Positions 27,444 to 40,000 of a stretch of 48,406 nt of DNA are shown one piece after another; positions within the stretch are counted from its first letter, which is position 1; every line of letters begins with the position of its first letter. Below the pieces are notes generated by a model. It was not told the DNA's origin, did no database searches, and saw nothing but the letters and a program-made list of their open reading frames with translations. Source of the stretch: a virus (lineage: Duplodnaviria > Heunggongvirae > Uroviricota > Caudoviricetes). The position numbers were made by a program, and so were the translations under genes. The DNA is taken from the IMG/VR virus record IMGVR_UViG_2531839448_000004; one strand, given 5' to 3'.

Positions 27444-30400
27444 TTTGGGGATTGATGCGGCAGAGTTTAAAAATGAAATTCCCCGTATCAAAAACCTTCT
27501 GAATGGTGCAGCCAGCGATGCAGAACGGTCTTCTGCCCGTATGCAGCGTTTTATGGAGCGTCAGACTCAGGCCGCCCGGCAGACAACGCAGGCAGCTTCT
27601 TCGGCTGCAACAGCCGCATCCGTCCATACGCAGACGGTGGAGAAGAACGCACAGGCTCATGAACGCATGGCCCGCGAGGTGGAGAAAACCCGCCAGCGCA
27701 TGGAGGCACTGAGTCAGAAAATGCGCGAGGAACAGGCGCAGGCCATGGCTCTGGCGGAGGCTCAGGATAAAGCGGCTGCTGCGTTTTATCGTCAGATTGA
27801 CAGTGTGAAACAGGCCAGTGCGGGGCTGCAGGAATTACAGCGTATTCAGCAGCAGATCCGACAGGCCAGAAACAGTGGCGGGATTGGTCAGCAGGATTAT
27901 CTGGCGCTGATTTCTGAGGTTACTGCGAAAACCCGTGTTCTTACACAGGCTGAGGAAGAGGCTACCCGACAGAAAGTGGCGTTTATCCGTCAGCTTAAAG
28001 AGCAGGCAACCCGCCTGAATCTTTCATCTTCTGAGTTGCTTCGTGCTAAGGCAGCCCAGCTGGGGGTAAGCAGTGCTGCAGAAGTGTATATCCGCAAAAT
28101 GGAGCAGGCAGGAAAAGCCACGCATTCGCTGGGTCTGAAAAGTGCAGCAGCCCGCCAGGAGATAGGCGTTCTGATAGGTGAACTGGCCCGCGGCAATTTA
28201 GGGGCGCTGAGGGGATCCGGGATAACGCTGGCTAACCGTGCCGGATGGATAGACACACTGATGTCACCGAAAGGCATGATGCTTGGCTGGGTTATTGGCG
28301 GTATTGCCGCGGCCGTCTATGGTCTGGGTAAAGCCTGGTATGACGGTCAGAAGGAGGGGGAAGAATTTAACCGCCAGTTGTCGCTGACGGGGCATTATGC
28401 CGGAGTCACTGCCGGGCAGCTGTGGACGCTCAGTCGTGCTATTTCCGGGAATGGTATCACGCAACATGCTGCAGCCGGTGCGCTGGCTCAGGTGGTGGGG
28501 AGTGGTGCATTTCGTGGAAACGATATCGGTATGGTGGCGAGAGCTGCCGCACAGATGGAGCGATCGGTTGGCCAGTCGGTCAGCGATACCATAAATCAGT
28601 TTAAGCGGCTGAAGGATGATCCTGTAAATGCCGCGAAGGCTCTGGACAATGAGCTGCATTTTCTTACTGCCACTCAGCTTGAGCAGATACGCGTCCTTGG
28701 GGAACAGGGGCGGTCCAGTGATGCGGCACGGATAGCCATGTCTGCACTGGCAGAGGAAACCGGTCGGCGTACTGCGGATATTGATAATAACCTCAATGCG
28801 CTGGGCAGTACGCTGAAGTATCTGTCTGATTTATGGAGTCGTTTCTGGGATGCGGCCATGAATATTGGTCGTGAAGACTCGCTGGATGAACAGATTTCCG
28901 CTTTACAGGAGAAAGTGTCGCGGGCGAAAAGACTCCCCTGGACGGCATCATCTTCTCAGGTTGAGTACGATCAGCAGCGTCTTAACGAGCTTCAGGAGAA
29001 AAAACGCCAGAAGGATTTGCAGGATGCAAAAGAGCAGGCAGAGCGGAATTATCAGGAGCAACAGAAACGCCGTAATGCTGAAAATGCTGCACTGAACCGG
29101 ATGAATGAAACGGAAGCAGCACGACATCAGCGTGAAATTGCGCGTATTAATGCCATGCAGTACGCCGATCAGGCTGTCAGGGATGCGGCGATACAACGTG
29201 AAAATGAACGTTACGAGAAAGCCCTGGCATCCGGTAAGAAAAAAACACGCGAACCCCGTAATGATGAGGCCACCCGGTTATTGCTGCAGTACAGTCAGCA
29301 ACAGGCACAGGTGGAAGGACAGATTGCTGCTGCCAGACAGTCAGCAGGCATTGCCACGGAAAGGATGACAGAAGCGCATAAACAGCTTCTGGCTCTGCAA
29401 CAGCGCATCAGCGACCTGGACGGGAAAAAACTGACGGCAGATGAAAAGAGTGTGCTGGCCCGTAAAGACGAACTGATTCAGGCACTGACGCTGCTGGATG
29501 TAAAACAGCAGGAGCTTCAGAAACAGACGGCACTCAACGAGCTGAAGAAAAAACAATTCAGCTGACCAGTCAACTGGCTGAAGAAGAGCGCGCTCAGCGT
29601 CAGCAACATGACCTGGATATCGCCACGGTGGGTATGGGTGATCAGCAGCGGCAGCGATATCAGGTACAACTGAGTCTTCGCCAGAAATACCAGCAACAGC
29701 TGGAGCAGTTGAGGCGGGATAGTGAGCAGAAAGGAACATATAACACGGATGACTACAGAAAGGCCGAGCAGGCGCTGACGGAGAGCCTGAACCGACAACT
29801 GAATGAGAATCGCCGTTACTGGCAACAGCTTGAAGTTGTGCAGGGTAACTGGAAAAACGGAGTCCTGCGTGCATTTCAGGATTTTACCGTGGATGCAGAT
29901 AATACGGCAGGAACAGCAGAACAGGTGTTCTCGTCAGCCTTCAGCAACATGGGAAATGGCCTGGCAACTTTTGTCACTACCGGCAAACTCAATTTCAAAT
30001 CCTTCACCTCTTCTGTGCTGTCAGATATGGCGAAAATCCTGGCGCAGGCAACCATGATGAAATCGATAAAAGGGATTGGCAGTGTACTGGGATTTGATCT
30101 CAGCAGCCTTTCCCTGAATGCCAATGGGGGATTTATCAGTCTGCTGATTTGAGTCGTTACAGTGGCACGGTGGTTAACCGTCCGACGTTTTTTGCTTTTG
30201 CAAAAGGCGCGGGTGTGATGGGGGAAGCGGGACCTGAAGCCATTCTGCCTCTGCGTCGTGGTGCTGACGGTAAGCTGGGGGTTGTGGCCGATATTGGTGG
30301 TTCAGGTATGGCGATGTTTGCCCCGCAGTACAACATCGAGATCAATAACGATGGCACGAACGGGCAGATAGGTCCGGCTGCCCTGAAGGTGGTTTATGAC

Positions 30401-30478
30401 CTTGGGAAAAAAGCGGCAGCGGACTTTATGCAACAGCAGGCCCGTGATGGTGGTCGGTTAAGTGGAGCATATCGGTAA
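27415..30478 (+). CDS. Tape measure protein gpH-like, interrupted by two frame changes (segments 27415-29565, 29628-30152, 30149-30478)
   Basis: N-terminus MDQIANLVIDLGIDAAEF (lambda H: VGDLVVDLSLDAARF); C-terminal segment ...NIEINNDGTNGQIGPAALKVVYDL matches the lambda H C-terminus; frame changes at the A6 tract 29548-29553 and the G5 tract 30126-30130. Confidence 0.75.
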
Positions 30479-30807
30479 TGGAGACGTTTCACTGGAAAGT
30501 GCGCCCGGATATGAATGTGGTATCAGAGCCGAAAGTGGTGACAGTGAAGCTGGGCGATGGTTATGAACAGCGTCGTGCGGCGGGACTGAATAACCAGTTG
30601 TCGACTTACAGCGTGACGATACGTGTTCGTAAATGTGAACACCCATCTTTAAAAGCCTTTCTGGAACGGCACGGTGGCGTCCGCGCATTTCAGTGGACGC
30701 CACCTTATGACTGGAAACCGATTAGGGTGGTTTGTCGTAAATGGTCGGCAAGCGTGGGGGCGCTGTGGGTAACCATAACGGCAGATTTTGAACAGGTCGT
30801 GGCATAG
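30478..30807 (+). CDS. Minor tail protein gpM-like
   Basis: METFHWKVRPDMNVVSEPKVVTVKLGDGYEQR...FEQVVA, 109 aa as lambda M. Confidence 0.9.
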   Translation: METFHWKVRPDMNVVSEPKVVTVKLGDGYEQRRAAGLNNQLSTYSVTIRVRKCEHPSLKAFLERHGGVRAFQWTPPYDWKPIRVVCRKWSASVGALWVTITADFEQVVA

Positions 30808-30816
30808 GAGGCTCTG

Positions 30817-31515
30817 ATGCAGGATATTCCACAGGAAACACATCATGAGACGACACGCCTCACTCAGTCAGCCCAGGTGGTGCTCTGGGAAATCGATCTG
30901 ACAGAGGTCGGTGGTGAACGTTATTTTTTCTGTAATGAGCAGAACGAAAAAGGTGAGCCGGTTACCTGGCAGGGGCGGCAGTATCAGGCATACCCCATTC
31001 AGGGGACGGGATTTGAACTGAATGGCAAGGGCAGTGCTGCCCGTCCGACACTGACGGTTTCTAACCTGCACGGCATGGTCACCGGGATGGCGGAAGACCT
31101 GCAGAGTCTGGTCGGCGGAACGGTGGTCAGGCGTAAGGTTTACGCCCGTTTTCTGGATGCGGTGAACTTCGTCAACGGAAACAGCGACGCCGATCCGGAG
31201 CAGGAGGTGATCAGCCGCTGGCGCATCGAGCAGTGCAGCGAACTGAGTGCGGTCAGTGCCTCCTTTGTGTTGTCCACACCGACGGAAACGGATGGTGCCG
31301 TTTTTCCGGGACGTATCATGCTGGCCAACACCTGCACCTGGACCTATCGCGGCGATGAGTGCGGTTATCACGGTCCGGCGGTCGCGGATGAATATGACCA
31401 GCCAACGTCCGACATCACGAAGGATAAATGCAGCAAATGCCTGAGCGGTTGTAAGTTCCGCAATAACGTCGGCAACTTTGGCGGCTTCCTTTCCATTAAC
31501 AAACTTTCGCAGTAA
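30817..31515 (+). CDS. Minor tail protein gpL-like (Cys-rich C-terminus)
   Basis: 232 aa; C-terminal cysteine cluster CTWTYRGDECGY...CSKCLSGCKF as in lambda L. Confidence 0.9.
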   Translation: MQDIPQETHHETTRLTQSAQVVLWEIDLTEVGGERYFFCNEQNEKGEPVTWQGRQYQAYPIQGTGFELNGKGSAARPTLTVSNLHGMVTGMAEDLQSLVGGTVVRRKVYARFLDAVNFVNGNSDADPEQEVISRWRIEQCSELSAVSASFVLSTPTETDGAVFPGRIMLANTCTWTYRGDECGYHGPAVADEYDQPTSDITKDKCSKCLSGCKFRNNVGNFGGFLSINKLSQ

Positions 31516-31520
31516 ATCCC

Positions 31521-32264
31521 ATGACACAGACAGAATCATCGATTCTGGCGCACGCCCGGCGATGTGCTCCAGCGGAGTCGTGCGGCTTCGTGGTAAGAAC
31601 GCCGGAGGGGGAAAGATATTTCCCCTGCGTGAATATCTCCGGTGAGCCGGAGGCATATTTCCGTATGTCGCCGGAAGACTGGCTGCAGGCAGAGATGCAG
31701 GGTGAGATTGTGGCACTGGTCCACAGCCACCCCGGTGGTCTGCCCTGGCTGAGTGAGGCCGACCGGCGGCTGCAGGTGCAGAGTGATTTGCCGTGGTGGC
31801 TGGTCTGCCGGGGGACGATTCATAAGTTCCGCTGTGTGCCGCATCTCACCGGGCGGCGCTTTGAGCACGGTGTGACGGACTGTTACACACTGTTCCGGGA
31901 TGCTTATCATCTGGCGGGGATTGAGATGCCGGACTTTCATCGTGAGGATGACTGGTGGCGTAACGGCCAGAATCTCTATCTGGATAATCTGGAGGCGACG
32001 GGGCTGTATCAGGTGCCGTTGTCAGCGGCACAGCCGGGCGATGTGCTGCTGTGCTGTTTTGGTTCATCGGTGCCGAATCACGCCGCAATTTACTGCGGCG
32101 ACGGCGAGCTGCTGCACCATATTCCTGAACAACTGAGCAAACGAGAGAGGTACACCGACAAATGGCAGCGACGCACACACTCCCTCTGGCGTCACCGGGC
32201 ATGGCGCGCATCTGCCTTTACGGGGATTTACAACGATTTGGTCGCCGCATCGACCTTCGTGTGA
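31521..32264 (+). CDS. Tail assembly protein gpK-like (JAB/MPN + NlpC/P60 domains)
   Basis: HSHPGG motif of the JAB/MPN domain and a conserved Cys/His region; position after L. Confidence 0.88.
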   Translation: MTQTESSILAHARRCAPAESCGFVVRTPEGERYFPCVNISGEPEAYFRMSPEDWLQAEMQGEIVALVHSHPGGLPWLSEADRRLQVQSDLPWWLVCRGTIHKFRCVPHLTGRRFEHGVTDCYTLFRDAYHLAGIEMPDFHREDDWWRNGQNLYLDNLEATGLYQVPLSAAQPGDVLLCCFGSSVPNHAAIYCGDGELLHHIPEQLSKRERYTDKWQRRTHSLWRHRAWRASAFTGIYNDLVAASTFV

Positions 32265-32833
32265 AAACGGGGGCTGAAGCCATCCGGGCACTGGCCACAC
32301 AGCTCCCGGCGTTTCGTCAGAAACTGAGCGACGGCTGGTATCAGGTACGGATTGCCGGGCGGGACGTCAGCACGTCCGGGTTGACGGCGCAGTTACATGA
32401 GACTCTGCCTGATGGCGCTGTGATTCATATTGTTCCCAGAGTCGCCGGGGCCAAGTCAGGTGGCGTATTCCAGATTGTCCTGGGAGCAGCCGCCATTGCC
32501 GGATCATTCTTTACTGCCGGAGCCACCCTTGCAGCATGGGGGGCAGCCATTGGGGCCGGTGGTATGACCGGCATCCTGTTTTCTCTCGGTGCCAGTATGG
32601 TGCTCGGTGGTGTGGCGCAGATGCTGGCACCGAAAGCCAGGACGCCCACGGCAGCCAGTACAGATAACGGCAAACAGAACACGTATTTCTCGTCACTGGA
32701 TAACATGGTTGCCCAGGGCAATGTTCTGCCTGTTCTGTACGGGGAAATGCGCGTGGGATCACGTGTGGTTTCTCAGGAGATCAGCACGGCAGACGAAGGG
32801 GATGGTGGTCAGGTTGTGGTGATTGGTCGCTGA
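32162..32833 (+). CDS. Tail assembly protein gpI-like
   Basis: 223 aa; RICLYGDLQRFGRRIDLRVKTGAEAIRALATQLPAFRQ...; overlaps the 3' end of K as in lambda. Confidence 0.85.
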   Translation: MAATHTLPLASPGMARICLYGDLQRFGRRIDLRVKTGAEAIRALATQLPAFRQKLSDGWYQVRIAGRDVSTSGLTAQLHETLPDGAVIHIVPRVAGAKSGGVFQIVLGAAAIAGSFFTAGATLAAWGAAIGAGGMTGILFSLGASMVLGGVAQMLAPKARTPTAASTDNGKQNTYFSSLDNMVAQGNVLPVLYGEMRVGSRVVSQEISTADEGDGGQVVVIGR

Positions 32834-32893
32834 TGCAAAACATTTTATGTGAAACCGCCTGCGGGCGGTTTTGTCGTTTATGGAGCGTGACGA

Positions 32894-35800
32894 ATGGGTA
32901 AAGGCAGCAGTAAGGGGCATACCCCGCGCGAAGCAAAGGACAACCTGAAGTCCACGCAGTTGCTGAGTGTGATCGATGCCATCAGCGAAGGGCCGATTGA
33001 AGGTCCGGTGGATGGATTAAAAAGCGTGCTGCTGAACAGTACACCGGTGCTGGACAGTGAGAGGAATACTAACATCTCCGGTGTCACGGTGGTGTTCCGG
33101 GCAGGTGAGCAGGAACAGACACCGCCGGAGGGATTTGAATCATCAGGTTCCGAGACGGTACTGGGTACGGAAGTGAAATACGACACGCCGATCACCCGGA
33201 CCATCACGTCGGCAAACATTGACCGTCTGCGCTTTACCTTCGGTGTGCAGGCACTGGTGGAAACCACCTCAAAGGGGGACAGGAATCCGTCGGAAGTCCG
33301 CCTGCTGGTTCAGATACAACGTAACGGTGGCTGGGTGACGGAAAAAGACATCACCATTAAGGGCAAAACCACCTCGCAGTATCTGGCCTCGGTAGTGGTG
33401 GATAACCTGCCGCCGCGCCCGTTTAATATCCGGATGCGCAGGATGACGCCGGACAGCACCACAGACCAGCTGCAGAACAAAACGCTCTGGTCGTCATACA
33501 CCGAAATCATCGATGTGAAACAGTGCTACCCGAACACGGCACTGGTCGGCGTGCAGGTGGATTCGGAGCAGTTCGGCAGCCAGCAGGTGAGCCGTAATTA
33601 TCATCTGCGCGGGCGTATTCTGCAGGTGCCGTCGAACTATAACCCGCAGACGCGGCAATACAGCGGTATCTGGGACGGAACGTTTAAGCCAGCATACAGC
33701 AATAACATGGCCTGGTGTCTGTGGGATATGCTGACCCATCCACGCTACGGCATGGGGAAACGTCTCGGTGCGGCGGATGTGGACAAATGGGCGCTGTATG
33801 TCATCGGCCAGTACTGCGACCAGTCAGTGCCGGACGGCTTTGGCGGCACGGAGCCGCGCATCACCTGTAATGCGTACCTGACCACACAGCGCAAGGCGTG
33901 GGATGTGCTCAGTGATTTCTGCTCGGCGATGCGCTGTATGCCGGTATGGAACGGGCAGACGCTGACGTTCGTGCAGGACCGGCCGTCGGATAAGGTGTGG
34001 ACCTATAACCGCAGTAATGTGGTGATGCCGGATGATGGCGCGCCGTTCCGCTACAGCTTCAGCGCCCTCAAGGACCGCCATAATGCCGTTGAGGTGAACT
34101 GGATTGACCCGGATAACGGCTGGGAGACGGCGACAGAGCTTGTGGAGGACACGCAGGCCATTGCCCGTTACGGTCGTAACGTCACGAAGATGGATGCCTT
34201 TGGCTGTACCAGCCGGGGGCAGGCACACCGCGCCGGGCTGTGGCTGATTAAAACGGAGCTGCTGGAAACGCAGACCGTGGACTTCAGCGTGGGTGCCGAA
34301 GGGCTTCGCCATGTACCGGGCGATGTCATTGAAATCTGTGATGATGACTATGCCGGTATCAGCACCGGCGGGCGCGTGCTGGCGGTGAACAGCCAGACCC
34401 GGACGCTGACGCTCGACCGTGAAATCACGCTGCCATCCTCCGGTACCACGCTGATAAGCCTGGTTGACGGAAGTGGCAATCCGGTCAGCGTGGAGGTCCA
34501 GTCCGTCACCGACGGCGTGAAGGTAAAAGTGAGCCGTGTTCCTGACGGCGTTGCCGGATACAGCGTGTGGGGGCTGAAGCTGCCGACGCTGCGCCAGCGC
34601 CTGTTCCGCTGCGTGAGTATCCGTGAGAACGATGACGGTACGTATGCCATCACTGCCGTGCAGCATGTACCGGAAAAAGAAGCCATCGTGGATAACGGGG
34701 CGCACTTTGACGGCGACCAGAGCGACACGGTGAATGGTGTCACGCCGCCAGCAGTGCAGCACCTGACTGCCGAAGTCACCGCAGACAGTGGGGAGTATCA
34801 GGTACTGGCCCGCTGGGATACGCCGAAGGTGGTGAAGGGCGTGAGCTTCATGCTTCGCCTGACCGTGGCAGCGGATGACGGCAGTGAGCGGCTGGTCAGC
34901 ACGGCCCGGACGGCGGAAACCACATACCGCTTCAGGCAGCTGGCGCTGGGGAACTACAGGCTGACAGTCCGGGCAGTAAATGCGTGGGGACAGCAGGGCG
35001 ATCCGGCATCGGTATCGTTCCGGATTGCCGCACCGGCAGCGCCGTCGCAGATTGAGCTGACACCGGGGTATTTTCAGATAACCGCCACGCCGCATCTTGC
35101 GGTTTATGATCCGACGGTACAGTTTGAGTTCTGGTTCTCGGAAACGCGGATTACCGATATCAGGCAGGTTGAAACCACAGCCCGCTACCTTGGCACGGGG
35201 CTGTACTGGATAGCCGCCAGTATCAATATCAAACCGGGCCATGATTATTACTTTTATATCCGCAGTGTGAACACCGTTGGCAAATCGGCATTCGTGGAGG
35301 CCGTCGGTCGGGCGAGCGATGATGCGGAAGGTTACCTGGATTTTTTCAAAGGCAAGATAACCGAATCCCATCTCGGTAAAGGGCTGCTGGAAAAAGTCGA
35401 CCTGACGGAAGATAACGCCAGCAGACTGGATCAGTTTTCGAAAGAGTGGAAAGACGCCAACGATAAATGGAATGCCATGTGGGGCGTCAAAATTGAGCAG
35501 ACCGAAGACGGTAAGCATTATGTCGCGGGACTTGGCCTCAGCATGGAGGATACAGAGGAAGGCAAACTGAGCCAGTTTCTGGTTGCCGCTAACCGTATCG
35601 CGTTTATTGACCCGGCAAACGGGAATGAAACGCCGATGTTTGTGGCGCAGGGCAACCAGATATTCATGAACGAAGTGTTCCTGAAACGCCTGACGGCCCC
35701 CACCATTACCAGTGGTGGAAATCCACCGGTATTTTCCCTGACACCGGACGGAAAGCTGACCGCTAAAAATGCGGATATCAGTGGCAGTGTGAATGCGAAC

Positions 35801-36307
35801 TCCGGGACGCTCAACAACGTCACGATAAATGAAAACTGTACGATTAAGGGTATGCTGGAGGCGAATCAGGTCAGAGGTGATTTTGTTAAAACAGTATCCA
35901 AATCATTCCCGAAAAAGGCTGGTACGTGGGGTAACACGGAAACACCAGACGGGACGGTTACAGTCACCATCAGCGATGATCATAACTTTGACCGTCAAAT
36001 CATTATTCCGCCCATTATCTTTAACGGTATAGCGTATGACGATCCGGGAAGTGGTGATAACCCGGGAGGTACAAGGTACACGGGGTATGGTTTTGAAGTT
36101 CGCAAAAACGGCGTATTAATCGCATCCAGAGAAACTAAAGGGGCCATTCCCGGTAGTTACAGTGCGGTTATTGATATGCCGAGTGGCAGGGGAAGCGTCA
36201 CTCTGGAGTTTAAGATTTTCCAGAAAGGCAATCAGGGGGCAGGCAATATCACCGACTGTACGGTGATTGTGACCAAAAAGGCTGCTTCCGGCATCAGTAT
36301 TCGTTGA
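32894..36307 (+). CDS. Host-specificity protein / central tail fibre gpJ-like
   Basis: 1137 aa; position after I; lambda-J-like N-terminus. Confidence 0.92.
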   Translation: MGKGSSKGHTPREAKDNLKSTQLLSVIDAISEGPIEGPVDGLKSVLLNSTPVLDSERNTNISGVTVVFRAGEQEQTPPEGFESSGSETVLGTEVKYDTPITRTITSANIDRLRFTFGVQALVETTSKGDRNPSEVRLLVQIQRNGGWVTEKDITIKGKTTSQYLASVVVDNLPPRPFNIRMRRMTPDSTTDQLQNKTLWSSYTEIIDVKQCYPNTALVGVQVDSEQFGSQQVSRNYHLRGRILQVPSNYNPQTRQYSGIWDGTFKPAYSNNMAWCLWDMLTHPRYGMGKRLGAADVDKWALYVIGQYCDQSVPDGFGGTEPRITCNAYLTTQRKAWDVLSDFCSAMRCMPVWNGQTLTFVQDRPSDKVWTYNRSNVVMPDDGAPFRYSFSALKDRHNAVEVNWIDPDNGWETATELVEDTQAIARYGRNVTKMDAFGCTSRGQAHRAGLWLIKTELLETQTVDFSVGAEGLRHVPGDVIEICDDDYAGISTGGRVLAVNSQTRTLTLDREITLPSSGTTLISLVDGSGNPVSVEVQSVTDGVKVKVSRVPDGVAGYSVWGLKLPTLRQRLFRCVSIRENDDGTYAITAVQHVPEKEAIVDNGAHFDGDQSDTVNGVTPPAVQHLTAEVTADSGEYQVLARWDTPKVVKGVSFMLRLTVAADDGSERLVSTARTAETTYRFRQLALGNYRLTVRAVNAWGQQGDPASVSFRIAAPAAPSQIELTPGYFQITATPHLAVYDPTVQFEFWFSETRITDIRQVETTARYLGTGLYWIAASINIKPGHDYYFYIRSVNTVGKSAFVEAVGRASDDAEGYLDFFKGKITESHLGKGLLEKVDLTEDNASRLDQFSKEWKDANDKWNAMWGVKIEQTEDGKHYVAGLGLSMEDTEEGKLSQFLVAANRIAFIDPANGNETPMFVAQGNQIFMNEVFLKRLTAPTITSGGNPPVFSLTPDGKLTAKNADISGSVNANSGTLNNVTINENCTIKGMLEANQVRGDFVKTVSKSFPKKAGTWGNTETPDGTVTVTISDDHNFDRQIIIPPIIFNGIAYDDPGSGDNPGGTRYTGYGFEVRKNGVLIASRETKGAIPGSYSAVIDMPSGRGSVTLEFKIFQKGNQGAGNITDCTVIVTKKAASGISIR

Positions 36308-36328
36308 AATTGTTATAACCCCAATAAA

Positions 36329-36354
36329 GGGCGTCAGGAATGACGCCTTTTTTA
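36329..36354 (+). terminator. Intrinsic terminator after J
   Basis: GGCGTCAggaaTGACGCCttttttatt. Confidence 0.75.
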
Positions 36355-36377
36355 TTGCAGAAAAGCGAGAGGTAATT

Positions 36378-36977
36378 ATGCGTAAAGTTTGTGCAGCCAT
36401 TTTGTCCGCAGCCATCTGTCTGGTCGTATCCGGTGCGCCTGCATGGGCGTCTGAACATCAGTCCACGCTGAGCGCGGGGTATCTTCATGCCTCGACGAAC
36501 GTTCCCGGCAGCGATGATCTTAACGGGATTAACGTGAAATACCGTTATGAGTTTACGGACACGCTGGGGATGGTGACGTCATTCAGCTATGCAGAAGACA
36601 AGAATCGCCAGCTGACTCATTACAGCGATACCCGCTGGCATGAAGATTCCGTGCGTAACCGCTGGTTCAGCGTGATGGCGGGGCCGTCTGTGCGCGTGAA
36701 TGAATGGTTCAGCGCGTATGCGATGGCGGGTGTGGCTTACAGCCGTATTTCGACTTTCTCCGGGGATTATCTCCGCGTAACTGACAACAAGGGGAAAACG
36801 CACGAAGTGCTGACCGGAAGTGATGACGGTCGCCGCAGCAACACGTCTCTGGCGTGGGGGGCTGGCGTGCAGTTTAACCCGACCGAATCCGTGGCCATTG
36901 ATATTGTTTATGAAGGCTCCGGCAGTGGCGACTGGCGCACTGACGGTTTCATCGTGGGTGTCGGTTATAAGTTCTGA
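36378..36977 (+). CDS. lom: Lom outer-membrane protein (Ail/Lom family)
   Basis: Signal peptide MRKVCAAILSAAICLVVSGAPAWA; beta-barrel pattern; C-terminal ...GVGYKF. Confidence 0.9.
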   Translation: MRKVCAAILSAAICLVVSGAPAWASEHQSTLSAGYLHASTNVPGSDDLNGINVKYRYEFTDTLGMVTSFSYAEDKNRQLTHYSDTRWHEDSVRNRWFSVMAGPSVRVNEWFSAYAMAGVAYSRISTFSGDYLRVTDNKGKTHEVLTGSDDGRRSNTSLAWGAGVQFNPTESVAIDIVYEGSGSGDWRTDGFIVGVGYKF

Positions 36978-37003
36978 TTAGCCAGGTAACACAGTGTTAT
37001 GAC

Positions 37004-37031
37004 AGCCCGCCGGTTCAGGCGGGCTTTTTTG
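37004..37031 (+). terminator. Intrinsic terminator after lom
   Basis: AGCCCGCCggttcaGGCGGGCTtttttg. Confidence 0.75.
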
Positions 37032-37041
37032 TGGGGTGAAT

Positions 37042-40000
37042 ATGGCAGTAAAGATTTCAGGTGTACTGAAAGACGGTGCAGGTAAACCGGTACAGAACTG
37101 CACAATCCAGCTGAAAGCAAAACGTAACAGCACCACGGTGGTGGTGAACACGCTGGCATCTGAAAATCCGGATGAAGCAGGGCGTTACAGCATGGACGTT
37201 GAGTACGGTCAGTACAGCGTTATTCTGTTGGTGGAAGGATTCCCGCCGTCACATGCCGGGACCATCACAGTGTATGAAGATTCCCGACCCGGTACGCTGA
37301 ATGATTTTCTCGGTGCCATGACGGAGGATGATGCCCGTCCGGAGGCACTGCGCCGTTTTGAGCTGATGGTGGAGGAGGTGGCGCGTAACGCGTCCGTGGT
37401 GGCACAGAACACGGCAGCCGCGAAGAAGTCAGCCAGTGATGCCAGCACATCAGCCCGTGAGGCGGCAACCCATGCGACTGATGCTGCAGGCTCAGCACGC
37501 GCAGCCAGCACGTCAGCCGGACAGGCCGCGTCGTCGGCTCAGTCAGCGTCTTCCAGCGCAGGAACGGCATCAACAAAGGCCAGTGAAGCATCGAAAAGTG
37601 CTGCTGCTGCAGAGTCCTCAAAAAGCGCGGCGGCCACCAGTGCCGGTGCGGCGAAAACGTCAGAAACGAATGCGGCAGCGTCACAACAATCAGCCGCCAC
37701 TTCTGCATCCACCGCGACCACGAAAGCGTCAGAAGCTGCCACCTCAGCCCGGGATGCGGCGGCCTCAAAAGAGGCAGCGAAATCATCAGAAACGAACGCA
37801 TCATCAAGTGCCAGTAGTGCAGCTTCCTCGGCAACGGCGGCAGGAAATTCCGCGAAGGCCGCAAAAACGTCTGAGACGAATGCAGATAACAGCGCACAGG
37901 CGGCAGCGGCCTCACAAACTGCATCGGCAAACTCCGCGACAGCAGCCAAAAAATCAGAAACCAACGCGAAAAATAGCGAGGCAGCAGCAAAGAGCAGCGA
38001 AACAAACGCTAAAGCCAGCGAAACTAATGCTAAATCCAGTGAAACAAACGCGGCGAAATCTGCGGCGGACGCACTTAATTATCGCAACCAGGCGCAAGTA
38101 ATTGTAGGCGATAATATCGGTCTTGGCTCAGCACCGCGTGATTGTCCTGATATTTCCGGCAACCCATCAGGGTATATCGGATTTATGCGCATTATGAGTA
38201 ATGCAAAAGGCTTTCCATCGATTGCATCCGGTGAAAGCAGTCTTACGGGGTTTATTAGTCAGGTAGATGGAACACCAGCGTATACAGGTGTATTTCAGGG
38301 ATGGGCTACGCGCTCGCTTTATACTTATCGCTGGAATCCGACAATAGGCCCGCAGTGGACGCGTCACGCAAGAAAAGATGAAGTGGACAGGCTTACTCAA
38401 CTAACAGGTAATACACGCGTATATTGTCAAAATGCAAGCAAATTTTTTGGTATCTACGATTCAGGAACATGGGGTTATTACGATGCAGAGAATAGCGAAT
38501 GGATTCCGCTTTCGATCGCGGCCGGAGGTACTGGTGCGGCAACTATTGATGGTGCCAGAACGAATCTTGGCTTAGGTAGGAACAACAGCCCTCAACTTAA
38601 CAGTCTATTTCTTGATAGATATAGTGATTCGACCAATACATACACATCTAGTGGAATTCTCCATACAAGACTGTTAGCAACTGACAGCACTGTGCGTCTT
38701 GGTGCTGATATGTATGTTGAGACTTTATCAAATGAGCCAGGTCAATTAACAATAAGGTTTACATACGATGGTTCAACTGGTGCTTCAAAATATCTAAACC
38801 TTAACTCAGAAGGTAATTTAATTGTAGATAGTGCGATACTGAGATCAACGGTTGAAAAACCTTTACAAATAAGGAGCGCTAACCCAGCAATAAGATTTAA
38901 TGAAACAGATCGCCCGGCTAACACGCCTACTTATACTCTCATTGCTAATGCTGGCGACTGGTTTATTCAGAAACGCGATTATGATGATGCCGGAAGCGTT
39001 AGTAACGCAATTGCATATAATTTCGCAAACGACAGAATTGATGTGCAAAATCTTAAAGCGTCTGGGTTAATTACAGCTAACTCAGGAATCGCAACATTAA
39101 CAGGTCATGACTGGAACTCTCAGCATACTGATAACGTCGACAAATTTAGACCAATCGCAGGCAGTACAAACGGCCCGGCAGGCTCTATGGTTCTTGGCGG
39201 CATTCATGTTCAATTTAGTAAAAATTATGCTGTGCAGTTCGGAGGCCGCAATTCCGGTTTTTGGGGAAGAACAATTGAAAATGGAACGACGCAGGAATGG
39301 AAGAAATTACTAACAGTAGACGATCTCAATTCATCTACCGATCTTGCTGTCAGGTCATTAACCACATCTAACCCGGTAAAATCTGGCGGAGGGCGAATTG
39401 ATGTCCTTGGAAGCACGTCAGACTATAGCAAAATGGATTGCTTTGTACGTGGGTTTGATAGCACCGGTAATTCTCTCGCGTGGGCGTTGGGTTCATCAGT
39501 CGGCGTAAGTAAGATGCTGTCGCTAAAAAATTTCTTTAGCGGAGCTGAGATACTGCTAAATGGTAATGACGGCGCGGTTCAACTCAAAACAGGTGCTGTT
39601 AACGGGGCTAAAGCGCAGGCGCTCACTATCAACAAGGATGAGGTTAACTCAACTGTTGATTTAACTCTTACAAAACAAACAGGGACTGGAAATCGTTTTG
39701 TTTTACAGAACTTAGGTAATACAGAACTATCATTTGCCGCAAAAGTATGGGGATCAAGTGATCGACAAAACGTTTTTGAGGTTGGAACGTCTGCTGCGTA
39801 TCTGTTTTATGCGCAAAAAACGTCAGCAGGCCAGTTGTTTGATGTAAATGGCGCTATTAATTGCACAACGCTGAATCAGTCATCAGACCGCGACCTTAAA
39901 GACGATATTCTCGTTATCAGCGACGCGACGAAAGCAATCCGTAAAATGAACGGATACACCTACACGCTCAAGGAAAACGGGATGCCTTATGCTGGCGTTA

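Noticed and set aside
30868-31716. 282-codon ORF antisense to the L and K tail genes
   Set aside because: Fully overlapped by conserved gpL-like and gpK-like genes; no independent support.
33824-35518. 564-codon ORF antisense to the J gene
   Set aside because: It lies wholly inside the well-supported gpJ-like gene on the opposite strand; GC-rich coding DNA commonly yields long antisense frames.
37265-38101. Long ORFs (246 and 221 codons) in alternative frames and strand across the tail-fibre repeat region
   Set aside because: Low-complexity, repeat-derived frames (Pro/Arg/Gln-rich) inside the stf coding region.
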